Positions 31,574-41,509 of a DNA stretch of 64,000 nucleotides are shown in pieces (within the stretch, counting starts at the first letter, position 1; each line of letters begins with the position of its first letter). Origin of the DNA: Elusimicrobiota bacterium (lineage in GTDB: Bacteria > Elusimicrobiota > Elusimicrobia > UBA1565); contig JBDRPD010000053.1 of NCBI GenBank assembly GCA_043827405.1, positions 96,221 through 160,220 of the forward strand, given 5' to 3'. The notes below the pieces were generated by a model, which saw only the letters and a program-made list of their open reading frames with translations, was not told where the DNA came from and searched no databases. The position numbers and the translations under genes were made by a program.

Positions 31574-32745
31574 TTCGCTGTTGTCTCCTTGTAATCGTGA
31601 ATGATTCGGACCACTTCGGGAATATCACGCTCTTGCACGCTGCCGAGCGCCAGGCGCAGCGCGCCCTCCTGCCCGGGTCCAAAGAAGCTGCCCGGCAGGA
31701 GGATGGTATTGCTTTTTTCGACGAATCCCCGGCCGACCTCCTCCGCCGTCGCGGGGAGGTCGAAATTCAGATAGACGAAAAAAGCCCCGGCGGAGGCGAT
31801 ACGGAAGGCCGATTCCCGCGCCGCGAAAGCGGTGCGAAACGCCGCGACTCTTTGCCGCAGCTGCGCGATGCGGTCGCGCAGCCAGCCCCCGGCGTCGCGC
31901 AGCCCCGCCGCCGCCGCGAGCTGCCCGATCCGGGGGGCGCAAATGACGTTGGAGTCATGGACTTTCAGGAACTGGCGCAGGAAGACCGGCGCGGCGGCGA
32001 CAAAGCCGATGCGAAATCCCGTCAGGCTGAAGGTCTTGGAATAGGAGTGGATCGACACCGCATGCTCGGCGAAATTCGCGATATTGAGCACCGAGGCGGG
32101 CCGGGGGTAGTCGTCGTGAAAATAGTTGTACACCTCGTCCGAGATCAGCACGACTCCGCGCTCCGCGCACAGCGCGAACAGCGCGTCGACGTCGGCCTGG
32201 GCGTAGGACTTGCCGGTCGGATTGCTGGGATTGACCAGGACCAGCGCCTTGGTCTTGGGCCCCAGCAGCGGACGAATCTTCCCGACATCGAGCGCGTAGC
32301 CGTCCCGCGCGTTGAGCGCCGCCGCCACCGGCTTGAGGCGCAGGATCCGCGCCGTCATATAGTGGTTGAAGTAGTAGGGCGCGAGGAACACCACCTCATC
32401 GCCGGGCTCGGCGAGCGCCGCCAAGGTCGAGAAAAAAGCGTTGTTGGCGCCGGCGGTAACGCAGATCGAATCCGGACCGGGAGCGTGGGAGTACAGGCGG
32501 CGCAGCTCCTTGGCGATGGCCGCGCGCAGTTCAGGCAGGCCTTCATCCGGCGTGTAGGGGTAGTAGTCCTCGGACTCCAGCGCCCGGATCAAAGCGCTGC
32601 GGATGCTTTCAGGCGGCGGATAGCCCGGAACGGCCTGGCTTAGATCGTAGACCTTGGCGGCGGAATCCAAAGCGAGCGAGGCGAAGCGCTTAAAGTCGCA
32701 GATGGGAGGAAAATAGAGCTCAGCGATGTTGTCCGGGAAATCCAT
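31570..32745 (-). CDS. Class I/II PLP-dependent aminotransferase
   Basis: The PLP-lysine motif SYSKTFSLTGFRIGF and NPSNPTG are present. Its stop overlaps the argF start. Confidence 0.75.
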   Translation of the reverse strand: MDFPDNIAELYFPPICDFKRFASLALDSAAKVYDLSQAVPGYPPPESIRSALIRALESEDYYPYTPDEGLPELRAAIAKELRRLYSHAPGPDSICVTAGANNAFFSTLAALAEPGDEVVFLAPYYFNHYMTARILRLKPVAAALNARDGYALDVGKIRPLLGPKTKALVLVNPSNPTGKSYAQADVDALFALCAERGVVLISDEVYNYFHDDYPRPASVLNIANFAEHAVSIHSYSKTFSLTGFRIGFVAAAPVFLRQFLKVHDSNVICAPRIGQLAAAAGLRDAGGWLRDRIAQLRQRVAAFRTAFAARESAFRIASAGAFFVYLNFDLPATAEEVGRGFVEKSNTILLPGSFFGPGQEGALRLALGSVQERDIPEVVRIIHDYKETTAK

Positions 32746-32813
32746 AAGCGCTGCGGAACCGGCTCTATTCTAGCTAATTCAATTTGGCATAATACGCTGA
32801 CCCGAGGTGATCC

Positions 32814-34055
32814 ATGAACGTTCTGGTTCTCAACTCTGATACTTCTTCTATAAAGTTCCAGGTCATTGAGACCGATCTCGAACTCATCAAGCAGCGCCAG
32901 GACCGCACTTTGGCCGGCGGCTTCATCGAGCGCATCGGCAGCGAAGCCCTCATCACCCTGCAGGCGCCCGGGCAGCGCAAGGTCAGGAAGGCCGCGCCGA
33001 TCCGCTCGCACCGCGACGCCATCGACTATATCTTCCGCTGGCTGGTCTCGGCGGACTCCATGCTTGAGCACATCAAATCCCTGGGCGACATCCACGCCGT
33101 CGGCCACCGCGTGGTGCACGGCGGCGAGAACTTCCAGAAATCCGTGCTCATCACCAAAGAGGTAATCGAGAGCATCGAGGACTGCGTGGAGCTGGCGCCG
33201 CTGCACAATCCGGCCAACCTCAAAGGCATCAAGGCGGCGCAGGAACTGCTCGGCGATGGCGTCCCGCAGGCGGCGGTATTCGACACCGCCTTTCACGCCA
33301 CCATGCCGGAAACCGCCTACCTGTACGGCATCCCCTATCAGCTCTACCGCCGGCACAAGATCCGGCGCTACGGCTTTCACGGCACCTCGCACCGCTATAT
33401 CGCCTATCGCTACCGCATCTACAAGAAGATTCCAAAAAACAAGGTCCATATCATCAGCCTGCACCTGGGCAACGGCTGCTCAGCCTGCGCCATCAAGAAA
33501 GGAGAGTCGATCAACACCACCATGGGCTTCACTCCCCTGGAGGGCCTCATGATGGGCACGCGCTCGGGAGACATCGACCCCTCGGTGATCGATTATCTGG
33601 TGCATAAGGAAGGCATGACCGTGGACCAGGTTGAAACGGTACTCAACAAGCAGTCCGGCCTGCTCGGCGTCTCCGGGCTGACCAGCGATATGCGCGAACT
33701 CCTGGCGGAAGAAGCCCAAAACAATGACCGGCGCTCCGCTTTGGCCATCGATATGTTCTGCCAACGGGTGCGGCGCGCTATCGGCAGCTATATGGCGGAG
33801 ATGGGCGGCGCCGACGCGGTGGTCTTTACCGGCGGCATCGGTATGAACTCCCCTAAAATCCGCACCCGGGTGTGTGAGGGCTTGGAGTGCATGGGAATTG
33901 AGCTCGACAAGAAGGCGAACCTTGGCGTTCATTCCGGGAAATGCGGCGTAATTTCCAGCAAAAAAAGCAAGGTCTCGCTTTTCGTCATCCCCACCAACGA
34001 GGAACTCCTGATCGCACGCGACACCGTCCGCGTAATCGAAGGCGTTATCAAGTAG
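32814..34055 (+). CDS. ackA: Acetate (or propionate) kinase
   Basis: VLVLNSDTSSIKFQV is the N-terminal ASKHA motif, followed by HRVVHGGE, GFHGTSH and VVFTGGIGMNS. Confidence 0.8.
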   Translation: MNVLVLNSDTSSIKFQVIETDLELIKQRQDRTLAGGFIERIGSEALITLQAPGQRKVRKAAPIRSHRDAIDYIFRWLVSADSMLEHIKSLGDIHAVGHRVVHGGENFQKSVLITKEVIESIEDCVELAPLHNPANLKGIKAAQELLGDGVPQAAVFDTAFHATMPETAYLYGIPYQLYRRHKIRRYGFHGTSHRYIAYRYRIYKKIPKNKVHIISLHLGNGCSACAIKKGESINTTMGFTPLEGLMMGTRSGDIDPSVIDYLVHKEGMTVDQVETVLNKQSGLLGVSGLTSDMRELLAEEAQNNDRRSALAIDMFCQRVRRAIGSYMAEMGGADAVVFTGGIGMNSPKIRTRVCEGLECMGIELDKKANLGVHSGKCGVISSKKSKVSLFVIPTNEELLIARDTVRVIEGVIK

Positions 34056-34161
34056 GCCCTTTCTCCTAAATATCCCTGGGCTTTTTTCGTCCCAATAATT
34101 GCCCGAAACGCCCCTGCGTCCGGAACGCAAACCGGCTAAATAATGAGCAAGGAACACCGGA

Positions 34162-35022
34162 ATGCGAACCTTGCTCATAGCCCTGATTCTAACCTTGCCC
34201 GCGCAGGCGCGGGCCGTTAACCTCGCGCTCGGCCCCGGCATCCGCGGCGGTTCAGCTTCCACCCCCTCCCTTATGCCGGCGCCGGTAGCCATGGCCTGGG
34301 CCGTCAGCCTGCAGATACCGCTGCGCACAATGGACTTCAGCAGCGTACTGCCGGACATGCGCGGCTGTATGATAGGGCTAAGCGAGCTGCGCCTGGAGAA
34401 TCCTGCGCACTGGGAACCCCTGGGCCCCGTTATCTCGCAGCTCGACGCTGTCGGCGTCCGCCCCGATGAGTTCGCGGCCATGGACTCCGGCCGCCAGCAG
34501 AAGCTTCTGGTCCAGGCCGCCTCAAGCGTCGCCCAGCGCAAGCGTGTTCAGGCGGCGAAGCTGATTTTCCGCATCGGCGAGGACCGTATCGCCGAGGAAG
34601 AGCTCGATGCGGTGGAGCAGGAAGCCAATGAGCTGCAGCGCAGCGCGATGTATCTCAACGACGCGCAGTACGGCGGCGTCCAGACCATAGTCCGCCGGGC
34701 CGCCAAGCAGCGCGCCTTCGCGCGCAGCGAGAGAACTTTGCTGCTGGCGGAAAACACGGCGGCGGCGCTGGCCTCGTACAAGAAGGAAAACGAAGGCGAA
34801 AGGGTTCTGCGCACCGTAATCGCACCGGACGGCAGGAAGGTTCGCTTCGTCAGCTCAGGGACGCGCTATCGCGTATGGTACGAGGGCGACGCCGCGCCCG
34901 CCGTTGAATACGATCTCAGCAAAACCGACGGCGACGACATCGCCGCCTACAACGTCGAGCGCAACGGCCGCCGCGGCGTCCACGTCAACGGCCGAGTTCT
35001 CTGGGAAGACGGAAAGTACTGA
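34162..35022 (+). CDS. Secreted hypothetical protein
   Basis: A signal peptide MRTLLIALILTLPAQARA is present. No recognisable domain. Confidence 0.45.
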   Translation: MRTLLIALILTLPAQARAVNLALGPGIRGGSASTPSLMPAPVAMAWAVSLQIPLRTMDFSSVLPDMRGCMIGLSELRLENPAHWEPLGPVISQLDAVGVRPDEFAAMDSGRQQKLLVQAASSVAQRKRVQAAKLIFRIGEDRIAEEELDAVEQEANELQRSAMYLNDAQYGGVQTIVRRAAKQRAFARSERTLLLAENTAAALASYKKENEGERVLRTVIAPDGRKVRFVSSGTRYRVWYEGDAAPAVEYDLSKTDGDDIAAYNVERNGRRGVHVNGRVLWEDGKY

Positions 35023-35034
35023 CGGGGCAGGCGG

Positions 35035-36090
35035 CTAGGTAGCGGCCCGGAAGGAAAGGATGTCCCCCTCTTCGACGATATACTCCTTGCCCTTAAGCAT
35101 AAACTTCCCGGCTTCCTTGACCTGAGCCTCGCCGCCAAGCCCGATCAGGTCCTCGTACTTCATAACTTCCACCCGGATGAAGCCGCGTTCCAGATCCGAA
35201 TGGATGGCGCGGGCAGCGCGCGGACCGTTTGAGCCCTGCGGCACCGTCCAGGCCCGAACCTCGTCCTCGCCGACCGTGAAGTAGGACATGAGCCCCATCG
35301 AGTCATAGATAACGCGCGTCAGCACGGCCACCGCCGGCTCCGCGATGCCCAGCCCCTCCAAAAACTCCTTCTTCTCCGCCGCATCCTCGATCTCGGCGAT
35401 CTCGCCCTCCAGCTTAACGTCGAAGACCGCGCATGCCACCCGGCCCGGATAGGCCTGCTCGATTTCGCCGCGCAGCTGGGCCGCGTCCGTCCCCTGCGCC
35501 GCGTTGATCACCGCGATCACCGGCTTGTCGGTCAGGAACTGATAAGAGGAGAGCAGGCGCGCTTCGCTTTCGCTAAGCTCAGCGCTGCGGATGGCGTTCC
35601 CGGCCTCCATCTCGCCGGCCAAGCGCTCAATAAGCTTCAGCTCGTTCTCCTTCTCCACGCTGCGTCGGGTTCTGAGCTCGTTTTTCAGGTTGGAGACGCG
35701 CTTATCCAGAAACAGCATGTCCGCGAACTGCAGCTCGGACATAAAGGTGTCCAGATCACGCGCCGCGTCCACGGTGCCGGACGGATGAAAGACGGAGGGG
35801 TCGTCGAATGCGCGCACCACGCAGATCAGGCCGTCGAGGTCGCGCACGTCGCCGAGCCAGGCCGCCTTGCCCTGGGTCTTCTCGACATCGGGCAGCAGCA
35901 GCACGTCCATGCGGGCGTAGTTCGTCTTCTTGGGGTTATACATCTCATGCAGCCTGTCGACGCGCGGGTCCCGCACATGGAAATTGCTCGGCAGCCCCTT
36001 GGGCGGGACGGTCTGCACCGTCACCCCGGTCAACAGCTTAAACAGGGTCTTCTTTCCGGCCCCCAACAGTCCCAACATGCCAATCTGCAT
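35035..36090 (-). CDS. ychF: Ribosome-binding ATPase YchF (Obg-family) with a C-terminal TGS domain
   Basis: An N-terminal P-loop (GLLGAGKKT) is followed by a coiled-coil insertion and the C-terminal TGS motif ...ARAIHSDLERGFIRVEV. Confidence 0.8.
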   Translation of the reverse strand: MQIGMLGLLGAGKKTLFKLLTGVTVQTVPPKGLPSNFHVRDPRVDRLHEMYNPKKTNYARMDVLLLPDVEKTQGKAAWLGDVRDLDGLICVVRAFDDPSVFHPSGTVDAARDLDTFMSELQFADMLFLDKRVSNLKNELRTRRSVEKENELKLIERLAGEMEAGNAIRSAELSESEARLLSSYQFLTDKPVIAVINAAQGTDAAQLRGEIEQAYPGRVACAVFDVKLEGEIAEIEDAAEKKEFLEGLGIAEPAVAVLTRVIYDSMGLMSYFTVGEDEVRAWTVPQGSNGPRAARAIHSDLERGFIRVEVMKYEDLIGLGGEAQVKEAGKFMLKGKEYIVEEGDILSFRAAT

Positions 36091-36284
36091 CCTAATTCTC
36101 CTTCGGTGTTGTTTCCGGCCCGGCTAGCATAGCCCTTATTCCGCGCGCCGCGCCAGCCCCGGGCTGAATTCGGAATACTTATCCTGGGTCATTAGCCTTT
36201 CTGAACCCGGGCCTCATGTCCGCGGCGAGTTGGGACTTTCGTATCTCACAGAACATCCCCAATGTCCGTATTCTACCTGGGCAT

Positions 36285-37865
36285 ATGGGACCGAACTGTA
36301 AAATTCGGCGCATACTGACCGCGGGGATTCTCGTATGCGCCGTCCTCTCCGCCGGGACCCATAGCCGGGCGCAAGTAGTAGGCCGGGCCGCGACTGCCGC
36401 CGGTTCTTCCGCCGGCGCGGCGAATGCCGCCGCCGCCGCGAGCATCTCGGCCGGCCGCAGCCAAATCGCTCCGCCCGGGCTCGCGCTTCCGACGCTTCCT
36501 TCTCTCGACTTAAGCGCGCCGAACTTCCGCGCCCCCGCGACGCTGGCGCCTATCGCGGCGAACCAGGCGGTCACGGCGGTAAAGCCCGTCCTGCACACGA
36601 TCACCCCGCACGAGCAGGGCAGAGTCGAGCGCCGGCATCGCCCACGCGCCAAGCAAGCAAAAACCAAGAAGAAAAAAAGCTCGCCCTCGAACCTCGAGCA
36701 TCTGGGAGATTTCTGGAAAGGCATTGAGGACCAGCAGGCTCCCCGCGGCGGCCTGCTCAAGAAGTTCTGGGATGGGGCGAGCATTAAAGGCTCGATCGCC
36801 CCGAAAATCGGCCGCGGCGTCGAGTCCATCGGCAGAGCGGTCGCCGCCTGGACCCCGCCGAAACTCAGCCCCGCGCCCGAACGTCTCGAGGATATCCGCG
36901 AGCTCAAGGTGGGGACCTACAACACGATGCACCTGCTGCAGCATCCCGGCCGCTACGTGTACGACAAGGCGAAGGGCCAGCTGGTCAAAGTTAAAGACGG
37001 CCCCTACAAGAACCAGGCGCATGTCCAGCAAACGGCGGAAGCGATCCTGGAGAGCGACCTCGATGTCGTAGTGCTCCAGGAAATCGAAAGCCTGGAGCAT
37101 CTTGAAAAATTCAACAAGGAGTATTTGGACGACTCTTATGACGTATTCCACCTTGAAGGAAACGATCCCGTTGGGATCAATTCGGCCGTTCTAGTCAAGA
37201 AGGGGCTGCCGGTCGAAATCGAATACCGCTCGCACAAGGATGAGACCTGGTACAACCCGGTGCGCGGCAAGGAAAAACCGATCTTCACGCGCGACCTCCC
37301 GGCCATGATCGTCCGCCCCCGGGGCCAGGAACGCCCGCTCTTCGTGCTGCTCGCGGCGCATATGAAGTCCAAGCATTCGGCCAAGGACAGCCCCGAGCAC
37401 ACTCTCGATCCCGAAAACCGCAACCAGCGCAAAGTCCAGGCCGACCGCATGGCGGACATCATCCTGAAGCTGCAGCAGGAGTTCGGAGCGTCCGTCCCGG
37501 TCATGCTCACGGGGGATTTCAACGGCGAGCTGACGGAGGACGCCTTCGCCGACTTTTTCCGGCGCACCGGCATGCTGGACAGCTTCGACCTGCTGGCGAA
37601 TCCCCCGCCCCCCGGGGAGCGGGTCACGCATACGTTCCATCCTTTCGACGGCCCGACGCAGTATCACCAGCTCGACGCCCTGCTGGTCACCCCGGCCATT
37701 CAGGGCATCATCAAGAACGCCGCCGTCTACCGCTACCACGACCATAACGGCAAGGTCCGCCCGATCCCGAAGACCTTTGAAGAACGTAAACGGAACCCCT
37801 CGGATCACTTCCCGGTCATCGTGACTCTGGACTTCCCGCCGATCCTCAAAGCCGCCCGCCGCTAG
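36285..37865 (+). CDS. Secreted endonuclease/exonuclease/phosphatase (EEP) family protein
   Basis: The EEP motifs LDVVVLQEIE, GDFNGEL and SDHFPVIVTLDF are present. A signal peptide follows the ATG at 36285; the track's 36216 is a GTG extension. An Ala-rich, low-complexity linker sits between the signal peptide and the EEP domain. Confidence 0.7.
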   Translation: MGPNCKIRRILTAGILVCAVLSAGTHSRAQVVGRAATAAGSSAGAANAAAAASISAGRSQIAPPGLALPTLPSLDLSAPNFRAPATLAPIAANQAVTAVKPVLHTITPHEQGRVERRHRPRAKQAKTKKKKSSPSNLEHLGDFWKGIEDQQAPRGGLLKKFWDGASIKGSIAPKIGRGVESIGRAVAAWTPPKLSPAPERLEDIRELKVGTYNTMHLLQHPGRYVYDKAKGQLVKVKDGPYKNQAHVQQTAEAILESDLDVVVLQEIESLEHLEKFNKEYLDDSYDVFHLEGNDPVGINSAVLVKKGLPVEIEYRSHKDETWYNPVRGKEKPIFTRDLPAMIVRPRGQERPLFVLLAAHMKSKHSAKDSPEHTLDPENRNQRKVQADRMADIILKLQQEFGASVPVMLTGDFNGELTEDAFADFFRRTGMLDSFDLLANPPPPGERVTHTFHPFDGPTQYHQLDALLVTPAIQGIIKNAAVYRYHDHNGKVRPIPKTFEERKRNPSDHFPVIVTLDFPPILKAARR

Positions 37866-37972
37866 CTCTCCGCTCGATCGTCAGCATCTATCATACGGAT
37901 ACCATCAATTTATTGGACTAATAACATCCCAGCCGCTACAATAATGAAAATCCCGGCAGACAGGAGCGAAAC

Positions 37973-38350
37973 ATGGACCTCAAGAAATATTTCACCAGCA
38001 CCAAAGGCCTCGGCGTACTGGCCACTTCCAACGACCAGGGCGTCGTCAACACGGCCGTCTATGCCCGGCCGCATGTGATCGGTAAAAACAGGGTCGCCTT
38101 TATCATGACCCCGCGGCTGACGCATGAGAACCTGCAGTCGAACCCGCGCGCTTCCTACCTCTTCCACGAGGCGGGCTTCGAGCACGCCGGCAAGCGGCTG
38201 ATGCTGACCATGGTGGGGGAATCGACCGACAGCCGCAAGATCGAGGCGCTGCGCCGCCGGACCACGCCGGCCATCTGCAGCGGCAAAAAGGGCGACCGGC
38301 GCTACCTGGTCACCTTCCGCATCGACAAGGTGCTGCCGCTAACCAACTGA
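37973..38350 (+). CDS. Pyridoxamine 5'-phosphate oxidase-like FMN-binding split-barrel protein
   Basis: 125 aa; the GVLATSNDQGVVNTAVYARPHVIGKNRVAFIMTPRLTHENLQSNPRASYLF pattern is typical of PNPOx-like proteins. Confidence 0.6.
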   Translation: MDLKKYFTSTKGLGVLATSNDQGVVNTAVYARPHVIGKNRVAFIMTPRLTHENLQSNPRASYLFHEAGFEHAGKRLMLTMVGESTDSRKIEALRRRTTPAICSGKKGDRRYLVTFRIDKVLPLTN

Positions 38351-38370
38351 ATCTCCTCCGTACCCGTACA

Positions 38371-38406
38371 GCCTCGAGGCTCCGGTGTCGGCCGGAGCCT
38401 TGAGGT
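38371..38406. terminator. GC-rich hairpin (stem about 15 bp with two G-U pairs, 6-nt loop) followed by ACUAUUU on the plus strand; a convergent-gene terminator
   Basis: gcctcgaggctccgg (38371-38385) and ccggagccttgaggt (38392-38406) can pair. It lies between the PNPOx-like stop (38350) and the cNMP-binding gene stop (38412). Confidence 0.45.
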
Positions 38407-38411
38407 ACTAT

Positions 38412-38855
38412 TTAGTCGCCGTAAAGGCGCTTCTCGGCCAGGGTCTTCAGGTGTTCAGCCAGCTTCTGATTGCGCTCCACCAGAGCCTTTAAGTCGTCCT
38501 CGACCAGGCGGAAGAGCAGGCTGTCCGCAACGGCTACCGCGCTCGCCACGCGCTTCTCGTCCCGGATCAAGGCTATCTCTCCGAAGAGCTCCCCGGGCCC
38601 GAGCGAACCCATCTCGGCGCCGGCCATCCCCAGCGACTGCCGGATGGCGACCTCGCCGGCACAGACGACATAGAGGTCCTTGGACATCTCGCCCTGCTGG
38701 ATGACCGTCGCGTCTTGGGGATAAAGGAAGAGCCCGCTGCGGGGGAAAAGCTCCTTTACCTGCGCCGCCGACAGGGACGGATAGAGCGCCTCCATGTCGA
38801 GCGCCTTGTGCAGCGTCTTCACCGCCTGCTCGTCAAGCTCCTTCGCTTCCGCCAT
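38412..38855 (-). CDS. Single-domain cyclic-nucleotide-binding (CAP/cNMP) protein
   Basis: The cNMP-binding signature is present: GEVAIRQ ... GELFGEIALIRDEKRVASAVA. There is no DNA-binding or other output domain. Confidence 0.7.
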   Translation of the reverse strand: MAEAKELDEQAVKTLHKALDMEALYPSLSAAQVKELFPRSGLFLYPQDATVIQQGEMSKDLYVVCAGEVAIRQSLGMAGAEMGSLGPGELFGEIALIRDEKRVASAVAVADSLLFRLVEDDLKALVERNQKLAEHLKTLAEKRLYGD

Positions 38856-38884
38856 AAATCCCTCTCACGGTCTCCGACCGTTTC

Positions 38885-39943
38885 CTAAACACGAACCTTG
38901 AAGGTCTCGTCCTTCTTGATGCTCAGACAGAAGGCCCCCAGCAGCTGCGAGGCCTGTTCCAGATCACGCAGATCGACCATCTCCACCGTGCTGTGCATAT
39001 AGCGATTGGGGATGCTGACCAGCGCCGAAGGCACGCCGCCGTTCTTGGTCCAAATCGCCAGCGCGTCGGTGCCTCCGCCGAAGGTCTCGATCTGCAGCGG
39101 GATCTTCTTGCTCTTCGCCGTCTTGCGCAGGCGCTCGACCACCAGCGGGTGATTCTCGCGCCCGATCGACACGGTCGGCCCGCCGCCGAGCTTCACCTCG
39201 CCGTGCTGCATGACATTAATGCCGGGGGTGTCCGTCGCATGGGTCACATCCACGGCCACCGCCGCATCCGGTTTGACATTAGCCACGGTCATGGCCGCGC
39301 CCGCCAGCCCGATCTCCTCCTGCACGCTCGAGCAGGCATAGATCGCGCATTTGGGTTTGCCGGCGGCGGCGATGCGCAAAGCCTCGATCGCCGTCCAGAT
39401 CCCGGCGCGATTATCGAAGCCCCGGGCCACCGCCGTCCGGCCGTTGATCATCTCGAAGTCGTCGACAAAGGTGATCGGATCGCCTACCGCCACCCGCTTC
39501 TGCGCGTCTTTTTTATTCTTGGCGCCGATATCGATATAGCACTCGTGCATCTTCGGCGCCTTGGCCTCGACGCCGCGCTCCTGCAAATGAATCGCCATAA
39601 CGCCGAGCACGCCGCGAACGCAGCCCTTCTCGGCATGGATACTCACCCGCTTGCCGCGAATGGTGGCGGTATCGACGCCGCCGATCTGCTGCACATAGAC
39701 GAAGCCGTTGCCGTCGATATGCTTAATCATGAGACCGATCTCATCGGCATGGCCGTCCAGCATGATCCGCGGCCGGGCGCCGGGGTTGAGCACCGCCACC
39801 GCGTTGCCGTAGCTGTCGGTCATCACCTCGTCGGCGAAGCCGCGGGCATAGTCGCACCAGATCTTCTGCACCTTGGACTCGTAGCCGCTCGGCGACGGCG
39901 TCGTCAGCAATTCCTTCAGAAAGGCCAGGGACTCATTTCGCAT
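38885..39943 (-). CDS. M42 family metallo-aminopeptidase (FrvX / glutamyl aminopeptidase-like)
   Basis: The N-terminus LKELLTTPSPSGYE, the metal ligand context MLDGHADEIGLMIKHI, and GGGTDA are present. Confidence 0.8.
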   Translation of the reverse strand: MRNESLAFLKELLTTPSPSGYESKVQKIWCDYARGFADEVMTDSYGNAVAVLNPGARPRIMLDGHADEIGLMIKHIDGNGFVYVQQIGGVDTATIRGKRVSIHAEKGCVRGVLGVMAIHLQERGVEAKAPKMHECYIDIGAKNKKDAQKRVAVGDPITFVDDFEMINGRTAVARGFDNRAGIWTAIEALRIAAAGKPKCAIYACSSVQEEIGLAGAAMTVANVKPDAAVAVDVTHATDTPGINVMQHGEVKLGGGPTVSIGRENHPLVVERLRKTAKSKKIPLQIETFGGGTDALAIWTKNGGVPSALVSIPNRYMHSTVEMVDLRDLEQASQLLGAFCLSIKKDETFKVRV

Positions 39944-40053
39944 AGTTCAACTACCTCTTAGACCTGAATATAGATGGATACTACATCTCTCAACCACGGC
40001 CTGCAAGAAGCCGGGCCCTTTCGCTCAGGCGGCCCGTTCACTAAGTTGGTAAA

Positions 40054-40767
40054 ATGGGGATTCGAATGGCAAGCACCCCAGAAGCAAGGCCGGCCTGCAA
40101 AAGCCGCGGGAGAACCGTCGCCATGCGCCGATACTCCAAGCCCGAGATCTGGAGCGCGCGGCTGTCCGCCCTCGGTACGATCATGTCGGCGGCGGGTATC
40201 GCCTGGCTGCTGGCCGACGCCTTCGCGGCCGGCAGCCGCGTCCACATCGTCACCTTCATCGTCTACGGTGTCGGCCTGCTGAGCATGTTCACCGCCAGCG
40301 CCGTCTTTCACTACCATGCGGGCGAGGAGCGCCTGCTGTGGAAGCATATCGACTACGCGGCGATCGCCCTCATGATCGCGGGCAACTTCACCCCCTTCTG
40401 TTCGTTGGCGCTCGACACCTTCTTCGCCTACTGCGTATTGTCGGTCGTCTGGGTGGTCGCCATCGCCGCCATCACTTTACGCATCGCCCGGCCGGATCTC
40501 CCCAAGTGGAGCTTCATCACCGCCTATCTGATCATGGGCTGGCTCGGCATCCTGATCGCGCCGGCATTATGGGATGTCCTCGAATTAAAGGGCTCGTTTC
40601 TGACCTTGTTCGGCGGCGGGCTGTACACCTTCGGCACTATTGTCTTCAACCGCTATGAAGGCGACGTGGAACCGCCGGGCTTCGGCTTCCATGAGCTCTG
40701 GCATATCTGCATCCTCGCGGGAGCCGGCGTGCATTTCTGGGTGGTCCGGCTCTACATGCTTCCCTAG
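40054..40767 (+). CDS. Hemolysin III / PAQR family membrane protein
   Basis: Seven predicted TM helices, with the conserved HELWHICILAGAGVHFWVV C-terminal motif and AVFHYHAGEE. The start is ambiguous: 40054, 40066 or 40123, all ATG. Confidence 0.75.
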   Translation: MGIRMASTPEARPACKSRGRTVAMRRYSKPEIWSARLSALGTIMSAAGIAWLLADAFAAGSRVHIVTFIVYGVGLLSMFTASAVFHYHAGEERLLWKHIDYAAIALMIAGNFTPFCSLALDTFFAYCVLSVVWVVAIAAITLRIARPDLPKWSFITAYLIMGWLGILIAPALWDVLELKGSFLTLFGGGLYTFGTIVFNRYEGDVEPPGFGFHELWHICILAGAGVHFWVVRLYMLP

Positions 40768-40780
40768 CAGCCCTCCGGCG

Positions 40781-41509
40781 ATGGCAAACTCGATCCTCAA
40801 TATCCCGGTCCCCAACCTGCTGCTCATCCTCATCCCGGTGGCGGTAGTGATCGGCATCTATTCGAGATGGTCCCTGGGAGCGGGCACGCCGGTTTACGCC
40901 GCCTGCCGCATGGTGCTGCAGCTGGTCCTGGTGGGCTACGCATTAACCTATGTCTTTGAGTCCAAACATCCGGCGATCGTCTACCTGGTGCTCTGCATGA
41001 TGCTGACCGCCGCCAGCTGGATCGCCCTGCGGCCCCTGGCCGAACAGCGGCGAAAGCTCTACTGGAAAGCGGCCTTGGCGGTAGGCGCGGGCAGCCTGCC
41101 CATCCTGGCATTGGTAACCGGAGGCGTCCTGCGCCTCGATCCCTGGTTCGCCCCCCGCTATCTGATCCCGCTGGCCGGGATGATCTTCGCCAACTCCATG
41201 AACAGCCTGAGCCTGGCGGCCGAGCGTTTCGATTCGGAGCTCAAGGGCGGCGCCGATTACCAACGGGCGCGCAACGCGGCCTACCGCGCCTGCCTGCTGC
41301 CGCTGATGAATATGTTTTTCGCCATGGGACTGGTATCCCTGCCGGGAATGATGACGGGACAGATTCTGTCCGGGACCGATCCCCTAATCGCCATCCGCTA
41401 CCAAATTCTGGTCATGTGCATGGTATTCGGCGCTTCGGGCATCACCGCGGCCGTCTACCTGACCCTGCTCAAGCCCGACGTCAGTGCGTCAGCCAGCGCT
41501 GAACGATAA
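40781..41509 (+). CDS. FetB/YbbM (UPF0014)-like ABC-type permease
   Basis: A polytopic membrane protein; the pattern (LIPLAGMIFANSMNSLSLAAERF...MMTGQILSG) resembles FetB-family iron-export permeases. The ATG at 40781 is an internal start of the track ORF 40640... Confidence 0.5.
   Translation: MANSILNIPVPNLLLILIPVAVVIGIYSRWSLGAGTPVYAACRMVLQLVLVGYALTYVFESKHPAIVYLVLCMMLTAASWIALRPLAEQRRKLYWKAALAVGAGSLPILALVTGGVLRLDPWFAPRYLIPLAGMIFANSMNSLSLAAERFDSELKGGADYQRARNAAYRACLLPLMNMFFAMGLVSLPGMMTGQILSGTDPLIAIRYQILVMCMVFGASGITAAVYLTLLKPDVSASASAER

Noticed and set aside
40051-40075. A tRNA-like T-loop string GGGATTCGAATGG.
   Set aside because: No acceptor, D-arm or anticodon arm complementarity surrounds it. 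It lies inside the start region of the hemolysin-III gene. No tRNA is predicted anywhere in the window.
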